NCBI GenBank assembly: GCA_010015805.1
Contig: ML978126.1
Location: 1,860,001 to 1,924,000 of the forward strand
Length of the DNA stretch: 64,000 nucleotides
Direction of reading: 5' to 3'
From: Rhizodiscina lignyota
Taxonomy: Eukaryota
Shown here: positions 49,402 to 61,307 of the stretch, piece after piece
How positions within the stretch are numbered: position 1 is the stretch's first letter
How the letters are laid out: each line of letters begins with the position of its first letter
The notes under the pieces: model-generated
Told to the model about the DNA's origin: nothing
Seen by the model: the letters and a program-made list of their open reading frames with translations, nothing else
The model's database searches: none
Position numbers and translations under genes: made by a program

Positions 49402-52400
49402 GGATGGGCGTTTTGGCTTGGTTGGCACTTGGGGTGGGAGTATCACGGACAGGGGTCTTGTGCTTGTGCGACGGCCGCTGGGCAGTGGCAGGCAGGGCCG
49501 AGCAAGCCACCCACCAGCACGCGGGCCGGGATGCGTCAGTCGCAAGGCAGATCGGCCGTTCGAGACCGCTCCCAGCGCGCGCCTTGCACCACCGACTCAA
49601 CGCGAAACACGCCCGCTGCCCTCGCCGCTCACTGCTGACGGTCGCGCAGTCAGGCGTCTGATGGAATATATGTTAATCTGCTGCTGCTCGCCGCGGTGCT
49701 GCTGGAGAGCTCGCAGGCGCCGGCGCAGCTTGTTCGAGCCTCTGCGCGCATGGCTGGCCGGGCTAGCCGCAGCGGGCTAGCGTGCCAGGGTCTGGCGGCG
49801 TGCGAGCTGCGATCGACGTCGGTGGCGTTTCCTGGCGCTTTCGGGGTCTCAGTCATCAACGAGCAAGCAGCGCGCGCCATGTAACCTCCCATCCATTCAC
49901 GTCCGGCAGGTCAGCATGCGATTTGTATGTATTATGCAGCCGGGAAAGAGACACCTGATGCTCACATTCATGACTGGCATATGACGACGCGGTGACGGGC
50001 GAGCACTGCTGTGGCCGAGACGGTGCCGGGCACAGAGACAGCGTTCGTATTGCAACATTATTGAGTGCCATCGTGTCTCTGGCACATCTTCAATCCACTG
50101 TCGCCCGCGCCCAGCGCCATACGCCTCGCGTCGGTGGAGGCAGGCGTCGCGCGAGTGGAAATCAATCAGTTCCATCTTATCAGCAGCCCCAGCACCTATT
50201 TCCGGCACGCGCGGCGGCGCTTGGAGGATTAAGCTTCTTCACCAAAACCGGTCCGCATGGGGGAAGGGTCGGTGGGCGTCGAGGGAAGCCACATCGTGAA
50301 CTCGAGGCTTGGCGCAGCGTCGATCGCAATCGAAAATCTTCTCCTTTTCCTCAGTGGCCGCGCCGGCACAGGACTCTCTTCCGTCCCGCCAGCACGCACC
50401 GCCGCTCGATTTTGGCGGGCACACTGCTTTCGTGCGCGCCGCACATCACTTCTATATCCTCCCACCGTCCCTTCCAGACCCTTTTCTGTTCCCATCGTCG
50501 ACGTTGACGCGGAGGCCGGCATGGCAAATGAAATTGCCATGAATGTCACTTGCGCCCACGCTGCACGCCGCGCTAATCGTCATACTGCGTCTTTTGCTTC
50601 TCGCGCCTAAACTCGCACATTCCCAGGGCATCCCCGGCTCCGCGCCCAGCGGCCAGCGCGACAGAGCACACAAGGCGGGAAATTTCGCCCCGGTCGCGCC
50701 GTTCAGCTGCGGCTGTGGCTTTCTGCCTGTCTGGCTTTCTCCCTAGCTCGCGGCCAGAACGTGCAGTCCAACGCCGCCATCCGTGCCGCCCTTTTTGCGG
50801 CGCTAAGTGGCTGCATTGCCTGGACGACAGCTTCAGCAAGCCGGTTTATCCGTGTGCTTTGTGGAACGCCAGGCCTGCTAGAAGGATGTATGCTTCCATC
50901 GCCTTTCTGCGCTCGAACGCTGGCGCTCTGGTGGAAGGGGCACGCGGGAAAGGGGGACAGCAAGCTCCTGTGCGATGAGGTATTGCGGCATAAAAGTGAG
51001 TGGTCTAGACTCAGAATTACAGTGGAGCGAGGTCGAGAAAAGCTTTGGTACCACGTTGGATAATTGTGGAGAAACGGACGAAGTTGAATGGACGGAAAAG
51101 ACGGACGTCGCATGCCACGGCCGATCACAGCTTGACGGCGCCGATGTTAATCTGGGGAATTCAGATCGATCGCAGATGGAGCGTCAACGGTGATCGCCAC
51201 CACCACGACAACGTGCGCGCGATGATTTGAACGGATATAAGGATTGTTTTAAAATAGAACTCGTTGCTTAGAGATGCAAAGTCATATCTCTATCGATGTT
51301 TGCCGCGATCGCCATTTGCACATCTTTGGTGGTTGGGATCCGGAGGCTTTCACACTGTCGCCAAGCCTGCGACGCAATGTGCTGGCAACCTCCTTCCACC
51401 AACTCGCCGCAACACTTCACCAGAGCACGGCCACCTGACTGCCTGCTCTTCGAGAATTTCCATCGCGGCCAATGAGTGGTAACCGGAGCCCTACACATTA
51501 TTGCTCTCCATTCTGTGACCCTGCCAAGTCTCTATCGGCGTCATGGACTTCCCTCCGATCTCGCCCATGTGATCGCCACTGACGGACAAACACCAATTCG
51601 ATTGGTTCCGGCTTCTCTCCCAGAAACTCGCGCCAGAAGGAGTTAAGTTATTCTAGAATGCACTACCTGCTCTTCTATAGCCCACGTGGATTTAGACCTA
51701 TTGCACTTGTTGGAGCTTGCGGGTAATGAATAAACACCAAGTTGATTGGCTCCCGCCGCTCTGGAAGAAATTGGCATCGAGAACACGTAGATCATTTCGG
51801 GACGCACCGACTGCTGGTCTAGAGCTCCGAGCTTGAACGTCGACATCCAATTGAATTTGAACCTGTTCTTTTCCTTCAACTGGCGGTTAACTACCAAACA
51901 TGATTTCGATTGGCTCCGCATGCTCTTGGAGAAGTGCACCGGCAGGAGGTGTCCTATTCCAGAACGTATTGATAGCTCTTCAAAAGTTGCCACCTGAAAC
52001 GATGAAGTCAACATTCCTTCGGGCTCGTCGCTCGGAACTGCACCCGGCACGGGAACTGGTTCCAGCCAGGTCTGTGAAGAGGCGGCCTAAACGGCATCTT
52101 GAATCCCTGGAACTCGAGGAACGGAATGGTGTTCCAAATCAAGCCTGCCCACTCTTGCTCAAAAAAACGCTACGGTGGAGGTCCTCGTGGGCCTGTGTAT
52201 TCGATTGGTCCCCCATGTTCTTGAAGAAGCACACCTCGGAACAAGATGAGTGACTCCGGAACGCATTGACTGTTCTTCTAAATCTCGCCACTGGGGGGAC
52301 GACGTCGACTTGAATTTCGACCTCTTGGCTCTGCTTTGATGTCACCACTTGTGGCAAATGTAACCTCGTCGACGTAGGAGAAGTGCTCTTCCAAGCCTCG

Positions 52401-53832
52401 GTACCTAATCTACAAACGCTCATTCGATTTACGAAGACTGTTCCACAACAGGTCGCCACCCGAGTAACGAAGTCCATTGCGATATTGCACTGTTGCTCTT
52501 CCATCGGCACGCGATTCGCCGATGAGTGTCGCTTCGGCTTGGGGGGAATGCTCTTCACAAGCCGGTGCTTGATCCACGAACATTGATTCGATCTGCAACA
52601 GCCGCTCTTCCCAATGCGTTGCCTTGAACGGACTTGTCTCCGGAACTATTCAATGCCTCTTCTGTAGGTTCCATCGCACCACCGAAGGTTTCCAAGTACC
52701 TCTCCATGACGCTGCGCTGTCGAGGCGGCCTGCCCCTTCACCCGCGGCAGAAGAGCGAAATAGATGTTCGGACGCAGACAGTACTATTGGACTCACAGTA
52801 TTCCTCGACTTTAAAATACTGCTCTTTCTAGGCTGGAATGGCATCGACGCGGTGAAGAGCGTGGCAAAAGAAGAATTGCAACTAATCGCCAAATGAAATA
52901 TAACAAGGGATAAGCGGTATAGTAGGTCAGCCAAACTGGACTTCGTACAGTAGTGGCGTCTCGTTAAGCCCGATGCGCACTGCTACTCAAATATGATCCG
53001 TTTTGAAGGCCTGATCTCGATGGAGACCTGTACGGTTCCCTCCAGTAAGGACGCGTTCGACAGACTATCAACATCGCGTGCGGTTAATTCGGAGCATCCT
53101 CTCAAGCTTTCTTTAGCCCCGTGTCAATACTAAGGTCTTTGATACCAAGTCTCTGCACCATTTTGCAGACAGCGCTGAGTAGAGAAACGCCAACTCGACT
53201 TAGCTTATGATTTCTATATAGCGTTCGCCCTGGTCACCGCATCTATCATTGCTGTAATCATCATTCTTCTGGTCAAATAGCATGAGAGACGTAGCATTAG
53301 AAGACAGGCAATTGTCGAAGCCGAAGCCGTCGTTATAGAAAATACGATCGGAACCCGAAGGTCGCACAAGATCTTTACGACGCACATAGTAAATAGAAAA
53401 GGGGGGGAAATTATAAACGTCGCAGAACCGGCGACCTGTAACATAGTTGGCCCTACAGGTACTCGGGCTGGCTCAGCTTTACAGTCGAAAAGTGGATATG
53501 TACAGCGTTGGTTTGTTGGGTAGTTTGTACCGGCGAATCTCAGACAGGTCATATCTTTCAAGTTTGCTCTCACGATGTGGCACATTTAAGTTTGGGTAAA
53601 GTGTTTTGTATTATTCCCTCGACTATATTACATTTGACTTTTGCAGATGCTCGAGACTCCTCCGCTATGCATTACCCTTGCTGTGTGAAAGGAGTGAAGA
53701 TGGAAGAAACCAGAACTCAGTTGTCATTTTTCCCGGAAACGAGATGTGATTTAGAATGAAACGACGATCGGTGTTGTCGGTGATGAAAGTAGTGACAATC
53801 TGGATGTGACGTTCTGATGTTTTCGAGTCGAT

Positions 53833-54531
53833 TTACTGACCAATCTCGATCTTCCTTGCAGCGGGCTTGGTCGCCTTCGGGACGGTGATCTCGAGGATGC
53901 CGTTGTTCAGGCGAGCTTTGACGTTGTCCTGGTCGACGCGAGCCGGGAAGCTGAAGCTGCGGTGGAACTCGCCAACAGAGCGCTCGGAGACCCAGTACTT
54001 CGGCCGGTCCTCCTGGTTTGCGACTTCCTGCGATCCTGTTTTGGCGACTTCGGTGGATTCAGATGTCTCTCCGTTGGCGGCCTTAGTGGAGGTCCCAGCT
54101 TCCTCTTCGACGGAGGGTTTCTCGTAGTGATGCTCTTCGGCCTCACCGGTCACCTTGCCCTGCTCAGGGCCTGACTCCCGGCGATGTTCTGTGCGGCCGG
54201 AGATAGTGAGGGTGTTGCTGTCCGACCATTCGATGTTGATGTTCTTCTGCTCGATGCCGGGTAGCTCACCGTGGAGTTGGTATGCATCCTTCGTCTCCGA
54301 GACGTCGAACTTGGGTTGGAAGGAGCGGAGGCTCTTCCAGGTGTTCCCGTTGGGGCTCTGGAGGTCCCGCGTGATGTTGGCATAGTCATCCATCATGCGG
54401 AAGATAGGAGAGAGCTCCTGGTGGAAGTGTCGTGGGAAGAGAGACATGTTTGCTGCAGATGTGTGGTAGGATGCTGGAGCGATGTTCTTTAGAACGCGCG
54501 GTGCGTGTCTTCGAAGTGATGATCTGAGCAT
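53833..54531 (-). CDS. hsp30: Small heat-shock protein (Hsp20/HSP30 family)
   Basis: FQPKFDV.ETKDAYQLHGELPGI, YWVSERSVGEFHRSFSFP, A.L.NGILEITVPK, C-terminal IEI; canonical start MSLFPR at 54447, upstream in-frame ATG at 54531. Confidence 0.94.
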   Translation of the reverse strand: MLRSSLRRHAPRVLKNIAPASYHTSAANMSLFPRHFHQELSPIFRMMDDYANITRDLQSPNGNTWKSLRSFQPKFDVSETKDAYQLHGELPGIEQKNINIEWSDSNTLTISGRTEHRRESGPEQGKVTGEAEEHHYEKPSVEEEAGTSTKAANGETSESTEVAKTGSQEVANQEDRPKYWVSERSVGEFHRSFSFPARVDQDNVKARLNNGILEITVPKATKPAARKIEIGQ

Positions 54532-54588
54532 AGAATAGCTGATTGTTTTGTTTGCTGATGGGATGGAAGAAGGTAGGCGTTGAGGTAG

Positions 54589-54908
54589 TATATATACACG
54601 TCCAGACATCTTGAATGGAGTAATGAGAGTCTTTCTTGCGAGATGGTGAAGTTACTCGAAAGATGGTTGTCGCGTGGTCTCGGTGCTACTGGTGAATTCG
54701 AGTATTTTCCATGGTCACGTGATGGCGCCACCTAGCAGTCACGATACCACTTTGAGATTTCTCATTGGGTAATATCGATGCCTGCCCAATGACTGGAGAA
54801 TTCTCGAATAGCCTGTCGATTCTACGGTTACGCAAAATCCTGCTTGGAGACTGGCTATGAGCCAATAGCCTTTGACGAGCTGCTGTCGCAGAGGCCATCG
54901 AAGTTTCG
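54589..54908 (-). promoter_or_regulatory. sHSP promoter: TATA box and HSE-like dyads
   Basis: TATATATA at 54589-54596; TTCtcGAA at 54801-54808 and GAAgtTTC at 54900-54907 (two-unit HSE-like only). Confidence 0.5.
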
Positions 54909-54984
54909 ACAAAGCTCTTGTGAGAGGGGAAGAGTGGAGTAATGCAGACCCCTCTCGTATACGCCGTGGAAGCAATTGCATCAA

Positions 54985-55321
54985 TCATGAGATGTTTGTG
55001 ATTCCAGCCGACTCGTAGATCTCCAGCTGGCGATGGCCCTTGCGGAGAAGAAATTCTATCGCGCCAAAATCCTTCTTGTCGATGTCCGCATGCTTCCGGA
55101 ATTCGTTTCTGCACAATCTTTGTCAGTCCAGAAGTTTCTCCCATTTCATGGAAAAGGTAATACCTCGCAAACATGACGAAATTATCTCGTGTCTCCTACA
55201 AGCTGTCAGAGATGGACAACCTCGTCGTGAATGAACATACTGGTGGCTTCGCATGAGCAGCCCGGAGACACTGGCGGTACAGAGACAAGACATCTCTTTG
55301 AAGTCCAGACAACTTCGGCAT
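54985..55321 (-). CDS. SDH6: Succinate dehydrogenase assembly factor 1 (LYR-motif protein)
   Basis: Three exons (introns 55196-55240 and 55109-55163): MPKLSGLQRDVLSLYRQCLRAAHAKPP-ETRDNFVMFAR-NEFRKHADIDKKDFGAIEFLLRKGHRQLEIYESAGITNIS*. Confidence 0.92.
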
Positions 55322-55600
55322 CCAGAATTGAGCCTTTCTGAGGGTTTCAGAAGATTCCGATATTTTCCCCCTGTTGATGTAGCTTTCACAATTGCACATG
55401 CAGGTCGAGAAGCATTGACGTATCGCGGCACGTCCCGAGTCGGCGGCCTTTCTCCCGCCGCTCGTTGATGTCCCGCAGAGCTCATTCGAACTTCAATTGA
55501 AGCTTTTCCGATCTGGGTTTCTTTCTTCTTTGTAAATATATTTCCCAAGAGCATAGTCCTTCACTAAGCATTGTAGGCTTTGGCACTCTGCATCTCAATT

Positions 55601-56588
55601 ATGGCGACGTTTTCAGTGCGTAGATGGGCCTCACATACCCCAACTTCAGACGGCTGACAGGTCGCAGCGACTTGTACGTTTCCTTGCAAAGGACGGCCGG
55701 ACATATTATGGCGACGCGATCCTTCCTCCAGGTGTAACCGACATTGGCAAAATCACGCAGGCGAGAGTCCTCCGTGGCTCACCGTGGTCGAAGTTCGAAG
55801 TGACAGATCGGATCGCTGTACGTTCCACTCCTGCCTCCTCCTACAGTATCGACATCCTCGGTTCAGAAACTAAACATTATTAGGACGTCCGACTACTGCT
55901 CACACCCCTCGACCGTTCAGATATCGGCACTGTCCGATGTCTCGGACTCAATTATGCTGAGCATGCCAAAGAGTCTGGAAATCCGCTGCCGAAGTATCCA
56001 GTCCTCTTCTACAAACCCATCACAGCTGTTACCGGGCCTTTCGACCCAATCCCTCTATCATCTCCGACACTGGAAGTCGAAGGTGTAGACTACGAGTGCG
56101 AGCTCGTCGCCATCATTGGCAAGGAGTGCCGAGGAGTGTCTGAATCAGAGGCATTGGATTACGTCGCGGGATACACAGTCGGCAATGATGTCAGTCATAG
56201 AGAATGGCAGAAATATCGTGGCGGCTCACAATGGAGCTTGGGGAAGGGATACGATGGATGGGCGCCTATGGGACCAGGTATCGTGAGCAGCAAGATCATC
56301 AAGGATCCACAGAAGCTGAGGATCATGACAAAGCTGAACGGAAGAGTCGTTCAAGACAGCAATACGGCTGACATGATCTTTGGGGTCGCAGAAACCATCA
56401 GCTTCCTGAGTCAGGGTCACACACTGTTGCCGGGCGATTTGATATTTACTGGAACCCCTCAGGGTGTCGGCATGGCGATGAACCCACCTCTTTATATGAA
56501 AGACGGTGACGTTGTTGAAGTCTATCTAGAAGGAGTTGGAAGCTGTGTGAATACAGTGGAGAACGAAAAGCCCAGGCCGAGATTGTAG
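55601..56588 (+). CDS. Fumarylacetoacetate hydrolase (FAH)-family protein
   Basis: MATFS|RLVRFLAKDGRTYYGDAI..|..RCLGLNYAEHAKE..PVLFYKP..DYECEL..GYTVGNDVSHR..GKGYD..PGDLIFTGTPQGVG; two introns. Confidence 0.92.
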
Positions 56589-57129
56589 AGACAATATCTC
56601 GTCGATCGACCATAGTTGGTTATGCATCGAGTGTCCAATTTCTGTGCCCGCGTGAAATGTGATTCAATGTGAACTCTTCTAAGTATAGAGGAGTGATAAA
56701 TGAAAGCAGGGAGAGAAATTAAAAGGACTATAATATTCCTCGAGATGCTGCGTAGCTGAGCAACAGTCCAAGGGCATTAGCAGGGGCTTGTAGCTTCACG
56801 CCTCTAGGACTCCACCCTTTCCATCCTCCCTCACGAAGCAAAACTTCTGGGCGCTCCTGTTACCTTTCTCGCGGGCCGCATTTCGATTGTTTCATTCTTC
56901 TTGAGTCATCATGTACCCTTTCCAACCATTAGGGATACTTTTCTTTTCGTTGCGCGGCGGATGTTGCTACATGCTATCCCAAGTTGCAGGTCACGACTCA
57001 TCAACCGTATCCGGTTTGTATGGCTCATAGACGCCTCTCGGCTTCTGCTAGGTATCTTGTCGGAGATGCAAATTGCCTAGTATTCAAAGCGATACAGCTC
57101 TCCCAACCTGCTATGTTGCGGTTGATAAA

Positions 57130-58020
57130 ACCGTTCAGCCGCAAACGTGGATGCATCGGACCTTGTTGCCGCCTTGAACAACCAGGGACTCAACGTCCAG
57201 TTCATTCATTGCGACGCATCCGATTGGGAATCTCAGGTGAATGCCTTCATATCCGCTCTCAACTTTGCACCTACAAAGACCTTGGACGTGGTTGCCGTCT
57301 TTGCGGGCATCGATGACTCGGGCCATCTAGTTGATTATATTCATGCGACAAAAGCTTCCCTGAGTGGACCACCTCCTGCAGCACCGAGCGTCAAACCTCT
57401 GGAAGTCAATTCCAAAGGGGCATTCTATACAGCGGCGCTCGCACTGCACTACTTTCGATTGCAACCTCAAGGTTCCAGTGCTACTTCCGCGGATACTCGA
57501 CAGTCCAAAGCCCTGATCATCGTCTCATCGCTGGCAGGATACATAGACGACACTCACGACTCAGTTTATACTGCCTCAAAGTTTGGAAGCCGGGGAGTTT
57601 TCCGTGCCATACGCGCCCGGGCGCAGCAGGAGCTGAATGTACGTGTCAACCTGATTGCACCGTGGGCCATGAAGGCACCAATGACTGCTCCGATTCTTGC
57701 CAAACTATCCGAATATGGTATTGAAGAAGGGAAGGGAATCTCGTTTGTCGAGCACGATGTCTTGACGCAAGCTGTGGCGAAGATTGCGGTCGACGAGAGT
57801 ATCTCTGGTATGCCTCGCCCTATCCTCGTGCTTACTACCATGTCTTGGGCAAGATCACATTGAAGTTAAAGAAACGCTGACAGGTTCAGGTCGTGCATTT
57901 GCCGTCGTACCGGAGGGAGCAATAGATATCGATGACGATCTTGCTGGTGGCTACGGTGGTCCCAAGTTACAGGAGTTGATGGCTTTGCGAAAGAAAGCAG
58001 GAGATTTCCTGACCGGCTAG
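57130..58020 (+). pseudogene. Short-chain dehydrogenase/reductase, apparently 5'-truncated
   Basis: CDASDWESQ, LDVVAVFAGI, VNSKG, SSLAG, YTASK, VNLIAPW; intron ~57808-57889; no TGxxxGxG motif or usable ATG exon found upstream. Confidence 0.6.
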
Positions 58021-59087
58021 GAATTGTTTGGATGGTGCTAAGCAGGCATGCCATCATCGGTAATCAGACTCGAATTGATTGAAGTCATATGCGGAGATCT
58101 CAGCTCGGCACTGGCGCGGAAGATACTATCGCTTAAGTGACATCTCTGAATATTATCTCAGTTTATGAACTAAGCTTCTGTATTTCAACTGAGCCGATAA
58201 ACGCGCCATAAAACCTAACGCTGCGTCAGAGGGTGTCGCCCTGGTTTTATGCAGTTGCCGTGCTATCTCCAGCCGTCAGCGACGCCATCGGCGTCATAGC
58301 CTCGGTGTACATTAGCATTCCTTCCTCCCTTTAGATTGTTCTCTCCTTCAATCAACCCGTTCAGAATACCACTAAGCTTTCGTTGCTTCGTGCTCAGCCG
58401 GCGGTGCAAAGCCCGAGCTGGCTCCCTCATGGGGATGGTCCAAATCCGCGTCATGCAAAGTTTAATCGTCAGAGTCGGGTTCCTGTCCGTAGGCTTCTTC
58501 GAAAGTGAATTGCTCATCTTCCTGGACGATGAGAACCTGAGAGGAATGCCTGCCAGAGCCTCAGATGTCAAATGTTACTTCAAAGCAAAGACATGCCTTG
58601 GCAAGCCCCGAACTTTCTCGGCCTCTTCTCGCGTCATAGCTACTACCCAATACCGAATCCCTTCGGACTCAAGGACGCTGGTTCTGTGTATATTGGCCCT
58701 TTTTTCGATACAGACCGAATATTAGTCTCCAGCGCTGCCTGATTAGCTTTGCTCAAACCCTCCTCTGGCCAGATTAGGAAATCTTGCTTCTCATTTTGCA
58801 GCTTGAGCTTGTCCGAATTGCTCATTGTGAACCGTAGATGGAGGAGATGTCGAACTTGAATTCGAGAAGGTCAGTACTGTATTGAGCGGAAGAGTCAAAG
58901 CGCTAGCGTAGTGAGACTGAGAATAGATTTGAGATGCGCGTGCGGCACAGTGACACGAGATACATCGCCTGTTTGAATACATGTCTGTCCCAAACTTTTC
59001 GCACCGTTAATCACTCCAGACAATGATATCGAGTGCAACAAAGAGGCTTTTAAAGGGACGTGAATCTGTTACATGTCAGCAGCTTAT

Positions 59088-59424
59088 TGTTAAGGCCTCA
59101 TGGATCGCACTCCGTCATGAATCCTTCTCGCGAGACTGCGTATGCCGCGACAGTCATAGTTAAGGCTAGTATACGATAGTGGCCCTAGCAATCATAGGCT
59201 TAAAAGTGTCCATCAGGTAATGGGAGACCTCCTCAGCTCATGAAGGACTCTGTGTACCCTTCCTTGGACCTTATATACGTGTGTTGACGCGTACCATTGC
59301 TTGCGCCCCTTACGCGTCGCGTTCCTCCCGTAGAGTACACCGTCTGCGGGGCGTCTTTATAGCGTCTTACGAGCGCGTCCTCCGCGTATTCTGTATACGC
59401 TTAATACATGCTGAAGACTCTTTA
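59088..59424. mobile_element. Candidate degenerate solo LTR (~337 bp)
   Basis: Begins TGTTAAGG; CTTAT on both sides (59083-59087 and 59425-59429); TpA-rich; TATATAA on the minus strand near 59271-59277; right terminus reads TA not CA. Confidence 0.35.
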
Positions 59425-59598
59425 CTTATACCTTAGGCGACATCACTACTGCTCGATCACGTATTCTGGAACTCTCTTGGATATTCTGGATATCTAGATT
59501 ATGTATGTAATTGAATTGGGTCTCCAAAGCCTCAAAGAATCGACCTCCTCCAGTCCATTTCCGTCACTGTCCAGGAACCATTCGAATAGACATCGGCA

Positions 59599-60693
59599 AT
59601 GCCAGGCAAAGGACTTAGTCTGGAGAGCATCTATCATGCTTTTGAGGCTACTACGCTCCAACCGATAATTACCATCCCGGCACTAGTCTACGCTCTTCGC
59701 CAGCCGGACCGCTTGAACTCGTTGCTCGTCCATGCCTTCGGCACAGCACCTCTTTTCAGCGTGCAGGCAGTCAAGAAATCTTTACAGGTGTTGACGGTGC
59801 TAGGCATCATCATCCGACTAAACAGGTATCTCAGCAGGAAAGCTGCCAACAACTGGACCGTTGACAAGACCTTTGACCCCAAGAAGGAGATCGTAGTCGT
59901 CACCGGTGGTTCCCAAGGACTTGGATTATGTATCGCGCAGAGCTTCGCGGCACGCGGAGTCAAAGTTGCTGCGCTAGATAAGAATGAGCCAAAGTCCGCG
60001 CTGCCAGAGAATGTCACCTTCTATCAGGCGGATCTAGTCGACTGGCAAGACGTCAACAATGCGGCAGAACGGATTAGAACCGACATTGGTGACCCAACCG
60101 TTGTCGTCAATAACGCAGGCATCTCAGAGCAGACTCCGCTGCTTCTACCCCAGGATGCGCAGGAATCACCCAGTGGCGCCGCAGCACGCATTGAGGGGTT
60201 TCAGCAGGTTTTAGATGTGAACCTCACGGCGCATTTACGCACCTCTCTAGCATTCGTGCCAGCCATGATAGCGAGCAATCACGGACACCTCGTTTCCATT
60301 TCGAGCATGTTGGCGTATGCTGGCACGTCGCCCAGCTGCGAATACTGTATGTCGAAGGTTGCTGTCCAAGCGTTCCATGAAGTCCTTGCAATGGAGCTCA
60401 AGCATACTCATAAAGCACCGAAGATCAGGACGACCAGCTATTTTCCAGTATGGCTTCGGACGCCGATGGCCGAAGCAAGACTGAAGAGAAGTGAGCTTCC
60501 GAGTTGGATGCTCCTAGAACCAGAGGATTATGCTGAAGAGATCGTAATGCAAGTGTTCAAGGGCGAGAGTGGCGGACAAGTTGTCAGCCCGGCGAGGTTG
60601 AATGTCTTCACTGGCATTCGAGGGTTTCCGCTATGGCTGCAAATCTTCATAAAGGAACTGTTCTTCCTTGATGGGGTACCGAAACATGCCTGA
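59599..60693 (+). CDS. Short-chain dehydrogenase/reductase (RDH10/17beta-HSD11-like, membrane-associated)
   Basis: VVTGGSQGLG, VVNNAG, DVNL, ISS, YCMSK; N-terminal hydrophobic region; intronless. Confidence 0.93.
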   Translation: MPGKGLSLESIYHAFEATTLQPIITIPALVYALRQPDRLNSLLVHAFGTAPLFSVQAVKKSLQVLTVLGIIIRLNRYLSRKAANNWTVDKTFDPKKEIVVVTGGSQGLGLCIAQSFAARGVKVAALDKNEPKSALPENVTFYQADLVDWQDVNNAAERIRTDIGDPTVVVNNAGISEQTPLLLPQDAQESPSGAAARIEGFQQVLDVNLTAHLRTSLAFVPAMIASNHGHLVSISSMLAYAGTSPSCEYCMSKVAVQAFHEVLAMELKHTHKAPKIRTTSYFPVWLRTPMAEARLKRSELPSWMLLEPEDYAEEIVMQVFKGESGGQVVSPARLNVFTGIRGFPLWLQIFIKELFFLDGVPKHA

Positions 60694-61307
60694 GTCAGGA
60701 AGCGGAAACCACATTGCTCTGGCCTCATTCCGAATTCGAGAGGAGGAGCGCCGATGTCAGCGTTCCAAAATAAATAAATTAAATTGTGGGATTGGATGTG
60801 TTACATAGAGGGCCCTCCATTTGTTTTTGGGTTTTGACTCGCTTTTGATACCTCGATGTCCGGCAACGGTTTCAATGTAAATGAATTTCACTACGGATTA
60901 CTCATTTCTTTATCGTGCAACACAATATTGGTAAAGCTGGTACGGAGTACGTGAACTAACAATTGAGATCGACCAATCACATGCATATGCCAAACGTGGT
61001 ATACAGTACGTCCTGCCTCGGCAGCCCCATTTCAGACGTAAGGCTCGTCCATCTCGCTCACACATGGCGGTGGAATGCTGGAGCGAGAAGGCAACGAGGT
61101 CAAGCAACCTATCCACTATCATGCACCACCGGCAATTTCCCAGGGTTCTCCTGCAGTGGCTGAGTGGCGCACGTATCAGCGTCGGGAATATGGCAGTGGA
61201 GGTACTGCGATATCTGGTACATGTATTGTATACACCGCAGCGGGTGCTCGTGGGTAGCATGCTCGTGTATGTTGCTTTGCTGAAGAAACGCCAAATGCAG
61301 ACATCCT

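Noticed and set aside
49400..53800. Many short ORFs on both strands
   Set aside because: No recognisable motifs or consistent exon structure; likely regulatory DNA and decayed sequence.
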